Assembly: GCA_051294375.1 (NCBI GenBank)
Contig: CM119267.1
Location: 1,240,194 to 1,304,193 of the forward strand
Origin: Paraspadella gotoi
Lineage: Eukaryota > Animalia > Chaetognatha
Reading direction: 5' to 3'
Length of the DNA: 64,000 nucleotides
A program made the position numbers and the translations under genes. Within the stretch, counting starts at the first letter, position 1; every line of letters starts with the position of its first letter. The notes beneath the pieces are model-generated. The model worked only from the letters and a program-made list of their open reading frames with translations. It was not told the DNA's origin and made no database searches. Shown piece after piece: positions 34,549-49,268 of the stretch.

Positions 34549-34868
34549 CTATTCTTTCCCGGTGGCGTAAAAGTCGCGCAGTCATCTACAGGCTTCCAAC
34601 AAAGGCGTCCTGTCCTTACCCCTGACTGCCAGCGTCCATACCACGACCGATGCACGACCCTTTTTGACTCGCGTCTCCAAAGGTCAATTCACAATTCAAA
34701 TTTAAGTAATGACAAACATATTTTCTTCTGAATTTCGCATCTCAAAATATTGCATCAACTTCACTATTATTAGTCTGTTACCCTTTGACTGATCACCCTC
34801 ATGGTTCCATTAGGATTTTACCCACGTGACTGCGCGATTTTCCCTTTTACGCCACCGGGAAAGAATAG
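34549..34868. mobile_element. ~320-bp MITE with perfect 24-bp terminal inverted repeats
   Basis: CTATTCTTTCCCGGTGGCGTAAAA ... TTTTACGCCACCGGGAAAGAATAG; the outer TA may be the TSD. Confidence 0.8.
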
Positions 34869-34944
34869 AAGAATGAAATTTGTTTAATCATTTGTTGTGT
34901 TTAAAATNNNNNNNNNNNNNNNNNNNNNNNNNACGCCAGAGAGA

Positions 34945-36354
34945 GATAAGATTTGAAGACAAAATTCTTTTTTTTTTGTTTTTCCCAAAAAAAAGTTTTT
35001 GAGAAAGAAAAGATTTGTGTGACTAAATCGCAAATTTTATCAATTCATTGTATATATTTTGAAATGTCATATTTCATAACTTGCTTCTATTTGTTTAACA
35101 TAATATTTCAGCTAAAGATTTGTTTTTTTAACTGTTTAAATTCAGTGTTTTTGTTAACGTTGTTATATCATCATCGTCGTCGTCGTCATCGTCATCTTTC
35201 CAATTTCCGATAATTAGTTTTCCATTCGTTTCTCCGTTTTTATCTTCTCTCTCCTCTCCCTCTCTTCCTCCTCCTCTTTCTCCTCCTCCTCTTCCTCCTA
35301 CGCATTATTCGATATCGTGCAAAAACTTATACAGATTCCGTATCATATTAGTTTTATCTCTTTATCTGTTTTCATAATATCTTTCTTTCTCTCTTTCTCT
35401 TTTCTTCTTTATTTATTTCTCTCTTCTTTCTTTTTTATCTTTTTCTTTCCTTTTTTTTTATATATAAAGATTACAATATAGCTAGAATTTTTCCCACATT
35501 ATTTTTAGTCCATAGATTGTTCTGATCTGTTGTCGGTCTCTTTGATGTTACACAATTTCAAGTTTTTAGTCGGATCTGCTTATCAGCAGATCCCGACTCT
35601 ATAATTCACTTTGTCGTCCGTCGGTCCGCCCCCCTCAATATTGTCGGGCACACACTTATATCATGTCAGAACATCGAATTATGATAAATTATGCAAAAAA
35701 AAGAAGCCCGTCCGTCCATCCATCTGTCTGTCTGTTCGTCCGTCCGTCTGTCCGTACCACCCTTAGTAAAAACCACCATTACTCGTGATGGATGGATAGA
35801 TTTGAATAAATTTTGTGTGTGGGTAGGGAAGTGAGTGATTGAGCTGGATATGAAGTTTCGATGGAATCATCCCAGTGGAAATGTGTTTAATTGGAAAAAA
35901 CAAAAAAAATATATTTCAGCTATTTGAACACCAATTACTCATGAGTGGATGGGGCGATTGACATTCAATTTTATATTGGGTAGAAAAGTGTGTGATTAAA
36001 CTGGAAATCAAGTTTCGATGGAATCGTTTGAGTGGAAATGAGTTTAAATGGAAAAAACAAAGAACCTGTTTCACTAATTGATTATGCTTCTTTTTCTTTT
36101 ATTTTAAATGTAAATGCAAGATGTATAATTAATAAAATAATTAATCAGTTAATTAATCAATTAGTCAATTAATTAATAAATAATTAATTAATCGGTCAAT
36201 TAATCAATCAATTATTCAATCAATCAATTTATATAATTATCCATTAATTATTATTCAATCAATCAATTTATTTATAAATTAATTATTTATTTAATCAATC
36301 AATCGAATCATCATCAATCAATCAATCATCAACATCAATCAATCATTCAATCAG

Positions 36355-36390
<36 letters not shown>

Positions 36391-36948
36391 GTCAATTGTT
36401 ATGGCATTATTTGTTGTCGCCATCATCGTCGTCGTTGCCTTTGTCGTGGTGAGTGACGAAAAGACCTAAAACAAACATTTCGGATCAAATTAATTAATTT
36501 ATATTAATCAAATTATTATTTTAGTTTAAATAGTTTTGTAATAACTAATTAATTACCGCTAATCAATTATTAATTAATAATTAATTAATGATTACCGCTA
36601 ATTATCGTGGGTAGATCCGACATTGTTTGCTCAAACTTGTTTTTCCAAGCAAATTTATTTTGGACTTTTGTTTATTACTACTATTTACTACATTTTTCAA
36701 ATTTTGCCTATGTTTTGGAAGCAAAAGCGAGAGAGAGAGAGAGGGAGAGAGAGAGAGAGAGACAGATAGAGAGAGAATGAGAGAGAGGGAGTGAGCGTTG
36801 AGCGACCATAATTCCATGAAAATGCAAGAAATTCCTAGAATTCCCATCAGGATATGAGAGGGCTGAGAAAGTGAGCGAGAGAGATAAAGAAGAGAGAGAG
36901 AGAGAGAGAGAGCGGAGTGACGAGAGAGACGAGAGAAGCGAGAGAGAG

Positions 36949-36979
<31 letters not shown>

Positions 36980-39900
36980 GAGGGATAGAGAGAGAGCAGA
37001 GGAGAGGAGAGAGAGAGAGAGAGGGAGAGAGAGAGGGAGAGAAGAGAGAGAAAGAGAGAGAGAGAGAACGTGTGAGCCGTCAGTAATAGTACAGGGAGTG
37101 GAAATTGCATTTTTTGAGTGATTTTTCTTACCTTGGCCTTTTCATAACACCTTGGCCTTTTTCATTGCCCATTCTGGCCTTTTCCTCACATTGGCTATTT
37201 ATCACCTTGACCTTTCATCACCTTGGCCTGTCATCACCTTAGCCCGATGTCACCTTGGGCTTTCTTTAATATCATTTGACTCCATTTTTTTAAAAATCTA
37301 TCTTGACCTAAAACCTTAAACGTGATTTGATTTCAAATTCTGGCGCCACAATTTGATTGGATTAGAGAAAAAGAGATTTTTGAGGTCACGAATGTCATTC
37401 TCAAATCTTGAGTGGAATAGAAATCGAGGGATTTTTAGTTGCGTCTCGAATTCTCTCTCTCTCACTCCTTCCCTCTTTCTCTCTCAAAGAGAGAGATGAG
37501 GAGAGGAGAGAGAGAGAGAGAGAGAGAGAGACAGTGATTCACCAACAGTGATTCACAACGGTCTAATTGAATCGTTCGGTTCAAACAAATTAGTTCGAGA
37601 ACGCTTAGAAGACAAGATTAATTAAGATTCGTTCTTGGTATCGAGAAATTGGCGAATATTTTATTTATTGGTTATAAGTAAAACGTTCATACAAATCCAT
37701 TTAAATAGCAATAATATTAACTATATGTATTGGTTGATTTATGTACATCCCGCTATAGTAAACGAGAAGTCAGATTTCTTTCGTCGCAATCTCTTCACAA
37801 CTCGTTGCACTTGCATTCGTTTTCAGCAGAATGGTTCCGACCGGCTGAGCCCCAACCCGTCCGTCTTAGGTCGGCGAGGGCTCCTTTGCCAAAAGGAGAA
37901 GAAGAATTCGAGACAGAGCATTCTCGGCCGCCTCGTGGAGAGGAGTCCAGTCGTCCGGGCCGGGTTCGTCTAGCAAAGGCCCCGGTCTGTAGATACGGAG
38001 GAACAGAACATATTAGGAGAAAAATGGGAAACCAGGAATGAGCGAGGGAAGAATAAAAATTTCTCTCTCTCTATCTCACACTATCAACTCATTGCAACTC
38101 AATGTGTCCCCTCTTTGCAGCAAAGTGCAACGGACGATAAACCAGTCGTCATTTACAACTCAGGATTTGCTCCATGATCCAGTAGAAAATCAAGACGTCC
38201 GGTGACCGTACTAGAAATCAAAAATTTAAAAAATTTGATGAATCTTTTTGTCGAACTTAAATTCTTATCTCTTCGCGATCGCAGCGCACCAAGAGGCGAA
38301 AGTGGAGAGGTGTCCCATAGCCGCGTCTCCCAAAAGCCTCGTGTCCGCCGCCTTCAATGACGAGCATTTCCAAGATTTGAATTCGGTCCCAGAGGGCGGC
38401 TTCGTGAGGCATCCCATCCCATGGTGCCTCTAGAAAGAGGCAAAAGGCAATGAAGTGACCAAGGGGAATAAGAAGGTCGCCATGCGCCCTTAAGATGGGA
38501 CAGTGTGTCGAGGAGTGTGTTATTACGTCAAGCTACCTCAGAGAAAACAATTCTCCAAATCTGAAGGTATATAAAATCAATTTAGAGAACTTTATCTGCC
38601 GTAGCTAGCTTAGAGATAAACAGTTTATAAAAAGCTCTTTGCTTTAAACTAAACCAAACGCCCTCGGGCAAAATTTTAGATATTTTTGTGTCACGAAAAC
38701 TTTTTATGAAGAATAAAAGGGAAATGATGACGAAGAAAATACCGAAATATCTGTAGGAACTGTTTAAAAATAAACGATAACTGTGGATAGGGAAGTACCA
38801 TTGGATCTAAAAATGGTCATGACCTGACCGGTAATACTCAATGAGCCACTGAAGTCATTGCTTAGTAGGCGGGGCATAACTTATAGAAATACCCGACTAC
38901 ATTTAATCTCGTAAAGAGCAACGACTTTTTAAAAAAAAAAATCCAAATCGAGTTACTTTGTAAGAAGTTAAGGCACATTTCAATGGTTTTACCGGTTTCA
39001 AACCAATCCCGTCTTATCAGTTGGTCCCAAGTTCAATCCCAGGTTTCAATCCCAGGTTCAATCCAGATTTAATCCCACGGATATCCCAAAATCGGAAACT
39101 GACAAGTTAAATCGCCGACACGGACATGAAGTGGAACACTTGATGGCAGTAGCGGTATCGTAGTTGATCTTCCCACGCTAACCGCATGTTTCTTTTTTCT
39201 TAACTGCCACACAAGAAACTCTATTAGAAATGCCTAATTAACAGAGCATGCCATGTCCTTACGATAAACATTCTTCAAAATTAAATCAGTATTAACTGAG
39301 TTCGGATCCGCCTCCATTTTCCAGCAGAATTTCCACAATCGTCCACGTGACCTTTTTTCGTCGCGTATGAAGGAGGCGCTCGACCCGAGAAAATTTCCTG
39401 TGCGTTAAGGAGTGGGGATCTTGGCAAGAGAACGCGTAACCTTGGAGGGAGAGGGAGAGGGAGAGGCAGGGGGGAGAGGGAGAGAGAGAATAGACAGAAA
39501 GGGAGAGAATATTAGCAAGAAGAGAGAAAAGAGAGGCAGGGAAGAGAGAAAAGAGAAATAGACGGAAAGGGGAAAAGAGAGAGATAATTGAGAGGAAATA
39601 AGAGAGAGAGAAAGAGAGAGAGAATAGACCATGAAAGATAGAGAATAATGGAGAGGAATAAGAGAGAGAGAGAGTGAAGAGAGAATAAACTAAAAGAAAG
39701 AAAGGCAATATGAGAAGAAGAGAGAAGAGAAAGTAAAGAGACAAAGACAGTCAGCAGATATATATATATAGAGAGAGAGTTTTTTTAAGCCTCCTTAAAG
39801 AACGACTCTTAATCGAAAAACTCTTTCAGTGGCGACGCAACTAAATTGCAACGGAAAAATTTGTTCCCCCGGATTTTTTTTTGGGGGGGCGGGTGACGGA

Positions 39901-42900
39901 TAATTGCAATTTTTGCCGGTAGAGGAAAAAAATGAGGCCGAGTTAATGGAAGTTAATGGAGCAATTGATAGAAAAGCCGGAAAATAATGCTAAAAATATT
40001 AATTATTTGTCGGGAGAAAAAGGAGAGAAATCTAAACAAGTTTGAGCAAACATGTGGATCTGCCAGAAGTCATTAGCGGTTAAATTAATTAATTAATACA
40101 ACTATATATACTAAAATATAATTAATTAATATTAATTAATTTGATCCAAATGTTTGTTTTTGGGTCCTTTTCGTCCTGACACGACAGAAAGCTAACGCCG
40201 ATGATGAATGGCGAACGACGACAATAATGCCAATAACGATTGACTCGTTTGATTGATTGATTAATTGATTGATTAAATAATTCTTAATTTATATAAATTA
40301 GATTGATTGAATAATTGATTAAATGATAACTAAATAATATTGCATTGAATAATTGATTAGATTAATTAATTATTTGATTAATTAATTTGATAATCTATTT
40401 GATTCATTAATACATCTTATCATTGCATTTACATTTAATATTATAAAGAAAAGAAGCAATAATCAATTAGTGAAAACAGGTTTTTTTTTTTTTCCATTTA
40501 AACCTCAATTTCCACACAGATGATTTCAATCGAAACTTGATTCAAAGCTTAATCACAACACTTTACTACCCACATACAGATTCATCAAATCCATACCCAA
40601 TCGCAATCAACAAGCAATTTGGAGTTTTTTTTGCTAAGGTGGGGACAGGACGGATGGAAACAGACGGACATAGTTTTTTGCATAATTTATCATAATTCGA
40701 TGTCTGACATGAATATAAGTGAATGCCCGACAAGATTGAGGGGCGACCGACAGACCGACACGAGTGAATTATGAGTCGAGATCTGCTGATGAAGCGATCC
40801 GACTTGAAAAGGTGAAAAAAACTAAATGAATAATAATAATAATAATAATAAAATAATAATAAATAATAAAACAAATCATAAAAGACCCAAACACAACTAA
40901 ATAGAATAAAACATTTTTTTAAAAATCTGTAAAAAAACAGCTGCGCTGGTTAAGTGAAGAAATAAAGAGGGATTAACTATAGGTAAGGAAAGAATGTGGT
41001 AGGTGATGTTATAAGTATATCAGTGATAAGAAGAAAATTGAGTAATTTTTATAAATTATATTATAATGGGCCAGGTAAAGAGAATCAATAAAGTGGTATG
41101 ATAATTTTATAAACTATTTAAATTGCATAAAAATGATAGAAAATGATTAATGGGTAAATTTATAGTTATCTCTTATTTAACCTACGTACTTATATAATCA
41201 AGGCTAAGATTAATAAAATTAAATTTTACCTTAATTTACCAACAGTTTTAAGAACAGCAGAACTTGAACATTGAATACTATAACTAAAACTTATCTTTCT
41301 CTTGTTTTTATGTCAACATAACCAAAAAAAAACCAAAAAAAAAACCTTTTTTTCGGTGTTGTCGGCTCGAAGTTACCGGACATGAAATCTTCTCTCTTTA
41401 CCGACAAGTGATTCCACTTTCCTTTAAAGGGAAATGATGGACATTAATCACGTGCATAACTTAAATTTATGAAACCTGTAGAAAACTTGTAGTCAAAAAT
41501 ATACGCTCTCTCTCTCTCTCTTCAGTCTTCTCTATTCCCCCTTCCTCTATACTCTTTCGCTTTATCTCTTTTTTGTTCAAGATTATCTTTGCATGTGAGA
41601 GCTAAATTCTCGAACTTTCTGACAATTTTAATCTCATTGCATATTTTAAATCCGAACCTTGTCTCTGCGAGGCTATTTTGGGTCGCGACGCTAGCATCAA
41701 GGAATAATTTTTATTCCCCTTAACTCACCTCAGCGACTTTCCCTCTTGCGGCGGCGGAGAGAAGCGGGATTGTTTGGCGGTCGAAAAAAGCGACGGGCGA
41801 AGGACGCAAGCGGGTCGCCCATGACGACGACGAACAACAAGGGGTGGCGAACATCGTAGGAAGGTTCTCTTAGCGGCGTGGGGGGGGTATGTTTTTTCTT
41901 TTTTTTGTTTCTTTTGTTAGCTAATAATTATTTCGTTGGAACGATTAATTGACTTTTTTACGGTTATATTTTGTTGTTTTGGGTTATATTTGTTGTTTTT
42001 GTTTATATTTTGGTTGTTTTTGTTTATATTGGTTGTTTTTGTTTATATTTTGGTTGTTTTTGTTTATTTTGTTGTTATTTCATTTTTCTAAATTTTTAAT
42101 GACGTAATACATATTCAAGTTGAAAATTTTCGGTTCAACAAAAAATACTGAAACGTGAAACGTAGATAAAAAAAAAAAGAAAGTTTTGATGTGCTTGACA
42201 TCGAAAGGAATTCGTGACAGGACCTTTTGACATCAAAAATTAAATTCGTGACATGACTAATGAACATCGAAAAGGAATCGTGACATGACTTATGACATCG
42301 AAAAGGAAATTCGTGACATGGCGAGAACGAAAAATGGGGCTCTCTTTTCTCAAAGGCCACTTTCTGTTCCTATCACCAAAACTTAATTTTTATTGTAATA
42401 CTTAAGTAATATTTAACCATAACCCCAAACCTTAATAATTAATCTTATCCTAAACTTAATCCCTAACTCTAATCGCTTTAACGCTAACATTCTTCACTCT
42501 TATATCCTAATGCTAATCCCTATCTCTTAGATCCTTAATGCTAATTCCTACTTTAATCCTTAATGCTAATCCCTAACTTTAATCTTAACGCTAATCCCTA
42601 ACTAATCCTTAACGCTAAATTCCCTAACTCTAATCCTTAATGCCTAATACCTAACTCTAATCCTAATGTACTCTAAACTCTAATCCTCTAACTCTAATCC
42701 TTAAACACTAATCCTTAACTATAATCCTTACAGAACTAATCCCTAACTAATAACCTTAACACTAATCCCTAACTAATCCTTAAAACGCTAATCCCAACTA
42801 GAAATCCTAACTGCTAACCAATAATCTAATCTTTACGCTAATCCCTAACTCTAAATCCTTAACGATAATCCCTAACCTTAACTATCTTAATCTTTAAAAT

Positions 42901-45900
42901 CTAAACCCGAATTTTAAGATGAATTGGGTCCTCTTGTAAAAATAAAGCCGATGGTATCACGCAGAAAAAAAGATAAAAAGATTGTGAATGAGAGAAGTGA
43001 GATCTGGTTTTTCGTCGAAACGGACGAAAAACCGTAATTCAACAAAAACTAAATAAATTTAGGATTTGAATAAATCAATAATCTAATTTGACAGAAAAAA
43101 TGGATTTATGATATTATGAGATAAGAGAAAAATATTTCACTAAAATGAAGATTTGAAACAAATCTCTTTTTTTTTTTGTTTTTCCCCAAAAAAAAAGTTT
43201 TTGAGAAAGAAAAGATTTGTGTGACTAAATCGCAAAAATTTTATCATTCATTGTAATATATTTGAAATGTCATATTTTCATAACTTGCTTCTATAGTGTT
43301 AACAATAATATTTCAGCTAAAGATTTGTTTTTTTTAACTGTTTAAATTCAGTGTTTTTGTTAACGCTTGTTATAGTAATCAATCGTCGTCGTCGTCATGT
43401 CCATCTTTCAATTTCCGATAATTTAGTTTTCCATTCCGTCTTCGTTTTACCTTCTATCCCTCCTCCTCCTCCCTCTTCCTCCCTCTTTCTCCTCCTCCCT
43501 CCTTTCTCCTACGCAATTATTCGATATCGTGCAAACTTAATACCAGATTCCGTACAAATTAAGTTTATACTCTTTAATCTGTTTTCATAATATCTTTCTT
43601 TCTCTCTTTCCTCTTTCTTCTTTATTTATTTCTCCTCTTCTTCTTTTTTTATTCTTTTCTTTCACTTTTTTTTTATATATAAAGAAATTCAATATAGCTA
43701 GAATTTTTCGCACATTATTTTTTAGTCCATAGATTGTTCTGAATCTGTTGTCGGTTCTTGATGTTCACCAATTTCAAGTTTTAGTCCGGATCCTGCTTAT
43801 CAGCAGATCCCGACTCTATAATTCACTTTTGTCGTCCGTCGTCCGCCCCCCCAATATTGTCGGGGCACAGACACTTATATCAATGCTAAGAACATCGAAT
43901 TTATGATTAAATTATGCAAAAAAAGAAGCCCGTCCGTCCATGCCATCCTGTCATGTCTGTCGTCGTTCCGTCCTGTCCGTACCAACTTAGTAAAAAACAC
44001 CCAATTACTCGTGATTGATGGATAGATTTGAAATAAAAAATTTGGTGTGGGTAGGAGAAGTGAGTGATTGAGCTGGATATGAAGTTCGACTGGAATCATC
44101 CCAGTGGAATGTGTTAATTGAAAAAACAAAAAAATATATTTCACTATTTGAACACCAATTACTCATAAGTGGATGGGGCGATTGACATTCAATTTATATT
44201 TGGGTAGAAAAGTGTGTGATTAAACTGAAATCAAGTTTCGATGGAAATCGTTTGAGTGGAAATGAGTTTAAATGGAAAAAAAACAAAGAAACCTGTTTCA
44301 CTAATTGATTATGCTTCTTTTTCTTTTTATTTAAATGTAAATGCAAAGATGTAATTAATTAATAAAATAATTAATCAGTTAATTAATCAATTAGATCAAT
44401 TAATTATAAATAATTAATTAATCGGTCAATAATCAATCAATTTATCAATCAATCAATTTATAATAATTAAGTCCATTATTAATTATTCAATCAATCAATT
44501 TTATTTATAAATTAATTATTTTTAATCAATCAATTCGAATCATCAACAATCATTCAATCAAATCCAATCAATCAGTCAATCAATCATTCAATCAGTCAAT
44601 CAATCAATCATCAATCAATCAAATCAATCAAAGTCCAATTGTTATGGCATTATTTTGTTGTCCCATCATCGTCCGTCGTTGCCTTGTCGTGTGAGTGACG
44701 AAAAGACCTAAAAAACAACATTTCGATCAAATTAATTAATTTATTAATACAAATTATTATTTAGTTTATATAGTGTAATAAACTAATTAATTAACCGCAA
44801 TCAATTAATTAATAATTAATTAAATTAATTGATTCCGCTAATTATCGTGGGTAGATCCGAACATTGTTTGCTCAAACTTGTTTTTCAAGCAAATTAATTT
44901 GGCTTTGGTTTATTAACTACTATACTACATTTTTCCCAAATTTTTGCCTATGTTTGGAAGCAAAAGCGAGAGAGAGAGAGAGGGGGGAAGAGAGAAGAGA
45001 GAGAGCAGATAGAGAGAGAAATGAGAGAGAGGGAGTGAGCGTTAAGAGACCATAATTCCAATGAAATGCAAGAAATCCTAGAAAAATTCCCATCAAGGAA
45101 TAGAGAGGCTAAAAGTGAGCGGGCGCAGATGATAAATGATTGGAGAGAGTAGAGTAGAGGAGAGGGACGGGAGTAGAGACGTAGAGACGCAGTAGAGAGG
45201 GAGACGAGAAGAGAGTAGAGTAGACCGAGAGACGAAGTAGAGAGTAGGAGAGGTGATATGCACGACCAGAGGCAGTGGAGGGACGAGAAGATGTAGAGAT
45301 TGCAGAGAGCCCTTTAACCCGGCCAACCGGAGGAGGAGAGTAAAGAAGGAAAGAAGAGTAGAGAGAGAAAGAGAGAAGAGAGAGAAACGTGTGAGCCGTC
45401 AGTAATGAGTACAGGGAGTGGAAATTGCATTTTTTTGAGTGATTTTCTTACCTTGGCTTTCATCACCTTGGCCTTTCATGCCCAACCTTCTTGGCCTTTT
45501 CCTCACACTTGGCTATTTATCACCTTGACCTTCATCACCTTGGCCTGTCATCACCTTAAGCCCGATGTCCCTTGGCTTTCTTAATATCATTGACCCTTCC
45601 ATTTTTTAAAATCTATCTTGACCTAAAACCTTAAACGTGATGATTTCAAAATTCTGGCGCCACATATTTGATGGATAGAAGAAAAAAAGAGATTTGAGGT
45701 CACGAATGTCATCTCAATCTTGAGTGGAATAGAAATCGAAGGGGATTTTTAGTTGCGCTCGAATTCTCTCTCTCTCACTCCTTCCCTCTTTCTCTCTCTT
45801 TCTTCTTCCTCTCTCCTCTTCTCCCTCCTCTCTCTCTCTCTCTCATCCTCTCTCTTCTCTCTCTCTTTTTCNNNNNNNNNNNNNNNNNNNNNNNNNTTCT

Positions 45901-47734
45901 CTTTCTCTATTTAAGTAATATCTCAGATTCCTTTGTCATCTGGCATTTATCACGATATGAAGTAATGTAAATAATACATTAAATTTTCATGGTATAAACT
46001 TTGCGGCTCCAATGAAGTCACTTAATTTGTGGATCAACTTTTGATTTATTCACTAAACTGGAGATAAATGTGATTAGTTGATTCAGTGATTTCTTCTCCC
46101 GAATGTCACAAATTTTGAAGGCGGATCACGGGTTATCTGTGAAGCTCAGGGATGTGAACAGATGAAGACGTCATTTCAAAATGTCACGTCTCACACTGAC
46201 GACGACGACGAAGAAGACGACGACGACGATGAAGACGACGACGACGACGACGACGACGAAGAAGACGACGACGACGAAGATGTCTATGATAATGAAGACG
46301 ACGCCGCTAATAGTACACTCATGTGCCAAAAAAACCCGCCACTTTATAACTTCATAAAAATATTTGTAAAATAATATTAAAAAAAAAATTTAAAAAAAAA
46401 ATCAATGTGTATTAATTTTATTACTGTAGGTCAAGTGGTTTAATCATATTTTTTAAACTTCAATGTTCCAAAACCAGAAGGGAAAATCAAATTTCATTTA
46501 AAAACTTCGGAATTATTAACATGTCTAATGTCTATCATTCATCACATTTTTCAATTACTTTGAAATTAATATTTAAGGATCTGGGTCAATTCAGTTGTCT
46601 TGCCCTATCCCTTCCGGATGGCCTAAAATAATAGTATTTTTTTAATCCATTCTAAATAAAAAATATCAAAAGAAAGTAGATTAGTTTTAAAGCAAGTTAA
46701 GATTTTTCATATTGAGCTTTGGGTGGCAGTACTTCCATTTATAAAAAACACTGCTCCTAAAACAAATGGACCGATTTTTAAAAAAATCCATCTTTTTAAT
46801 AAGTTTAATTTATTTTTATAATTTTTTAAAAAATCTCATACGCTCTTTTTCCTCCCTTTCTGCCCCTCTTTCCTCCTCAATCTCTCCTCCCTCATCTCCT
46901 CTGCCTCCTTATTCCCCCTTTTCTCCTCTCTCTCTCCTCCCCTTCTTTTCCCTTTCCTCTCCTCCGCTATTCCACCATTATTCCTCCTCTCTCTCTCTCC
47001 TCTCCTTTCTCCTCCTCTCTCTCCTCCTCCCGTTCCTCCTCTCCCCATCGTCTTTCCCCATCTTGACCCACTCTCCCTCGAGATCAATTTCTTTCCCATT
47101 CCTTCTTTTGGAGTCACAAACTTGAAAACGAAATGTCGTCCAGCAAATGGTGACTTGCGTCTCGTCGTCGTCGTCGTCGTCGTCGGTCGTCATCATCCAA
47201 ACGTTGACAACTTCAGCAACGATGAAATGGAAGCTAAAGTGTTGTTCATGTTGTTATGTGTCTTTTTCTTCATCGTTGTTTTCTTTCAATTTATTTTTGC
47301 TTATTCTGCTGATTGTCAAATACTATATAAAGTCAACGATTAATGTCACGATCACGTTCTTTTCCCGGTGCGTAAAAGTCGCGCAGTCATCTACACGGCT
47401 CCAACAAAGGCGTCTGTCCTTCTCCCTCGACTGCCACGTCCGATACCACACCATCGCACGACCCTTTTTGACTGCGCTCTCCAGAAGGTCAATTCAGCAA
47501 TATCAATTTAAGTAACATGACAAAACCATAGTTTTCTTCTGAATTTCGCATCTCAAAATATTGCTCAACATTCACTATTAATTAGTCTGTTACCCTTTGA
47601 CTGATCACCCTCAGGTGTCCATTAAGGATTTTTAAACCCACGTGACTTGCGACAGACTTTCCCTTTGTAACGCCAAACCGGGAAAATGAGAAGCAATGAA
47701 AATTTTGTTTAATCATCTCTGTCTGTGTTAAAAT
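34945..47734 (+). repeat. Large near-identical duplicated blocks, probably an assembly artefact
   Basis: 34945-37485 repeats ~30505-33050, and ~37490-47734 repeats ~24950-34907. Differences are mostly 1-bp indels. 25-N gaps lie at 34908-34932, 45872-45896 and 47735-47759. Confidence 0.88.
37795..41854 (-). pseudogene. Frameshifted second copy of the ankyrin-repeat gene (pseudogene or uncorrected duplicate)
   Basis: All five exons are recognisable but contain many indels; lies within the duplicated block. Confidence 0.7.
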
Positions 47735-49268
47735 NNNNNNNNNNNNNNNNNNNNNNNNNTTATTTTTATTAAATTACTTTATATTAAATTAAATTATATT
47801 AAATGTTTTCAAACTAATTAAATAGAAAAAAAATAAGAACCGTTAAGTGATCAGATATTAATTCTCTGTTAAGGCTGTAGACAAATAGACAGACAGACTG
47901 ACCGACCAACAAAAATGTGACTTATGCTGAGTCGCCCTGTACGGCGCAACTAAAAATATAAATGTTTATCGGAGTTGTCGAAGTTTGGTATTAGTTCAGG
48001 TTGAGTTTCACCTTCGAGATTCCAAAGTCCAAAGTTCGAAACTGAGACAAGAAGATAACAAATTCAGTAAACAGGAAAAGTTTTTGTCGTCGTCGTCGTC
48101 GTCGTCGTCGTCTTGCAGATCTTTACTCTCATTATTTCTCTATCAAACAAAATTGTCTGCTCTTCACTGGATTTTCAATTATGCTACGACTTTAATCAAC
48201 ATCAATAAAAACTTCATTTTTGTATAAATCGTTGCTAAATAACTGTGGAATTGCCTACCAAGCAGTTCTTTGAAGTCCAAAAAAAGCAATCTTCTCATCC
48301 TCTGCTCTCCTCTCTCTCTTTCGCTTCTCATCTCTCGTCGTCTCTCATCGTCTCTCTCTCTGCTCTCTGTAACAAAATGAAGACATACGCTGAGTAAAGC
48401 ACCGAAGTAAAAGAACATAATGAGAACACGTAACTGAACCGGAAGTTGTATTTCCGCAAGTATGATTAAACATTAAACGTATTCATGATAATTTAAATAC
48501 GGTTTCAATTTTCATCGTAACAATTTAACTCTAACAGGCATCGAATAATTGGCTCAAGTAGCTTATCGATATCAAAATAATGAACGATAATCTCTTTGCA
48601 TTTTGCATATTTTACATTCTTTCTGCCCTCTCAATCACAAAGTTACTTGAATTTTTGGTTCAGATTTCTAACGACCGACGATAATTAATTTTAATTAAGT
48701 TATTTTCAAAGAGTTTTGAATTCCGTTCGGTTCACAAGTTTTTAACTCTTAAATTCAAAAATCTCGAAATTTTCAAAATTTGTTGTTCTGGCGGAAAAAT
48801 TGGTTTATTAGCGGCGTGAAAAAAAAAAAAGACGCGTATTACAACATGTCTGCAGATTGAGGCGACTTACCATTATTATAATAATTATACATTTAGAGCT
48901 ATAGGTCGAAGACCTGGCGATGTTACCGGAAGTAAAATTATCATCTTTTTACAAGGCTTCTGTCCTTACATTACGTAAATTATATTAGTTAAATTAGCCA
49001 GAAAAGAAAAGGCAGACTGAAGCTCTAATTACTTTAAGAAGTCAATAAAAAGCTCAACAAAAATTTCAGTGATGAACAAAAAGTTTTCATCATCGTCGTC
49101 GTCATCGTCATCGTCGTCGTCATCGTCGTCATCGTTATCAAGGCCAATCGAAAGCCGATAAACAAAGTCTAAAAACGCCAACGCCCGCTGCGCCACAAAC
49201 CGTGCCGCCAACGCCACTAACAACGCCATCTGCGCCATCAACGCCACCTACGTCACAAACCGACGGCG

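Noticed and set aside
49072-49268. Hydrophobic and Pro/Thr-rich N-terminal extension of NUBP1
   Set aside because: Needs frameshifts to join the NUBP1 frame and an in-frame stop precedes ATG 49269. It cannot be fully excluded given the indel rate.
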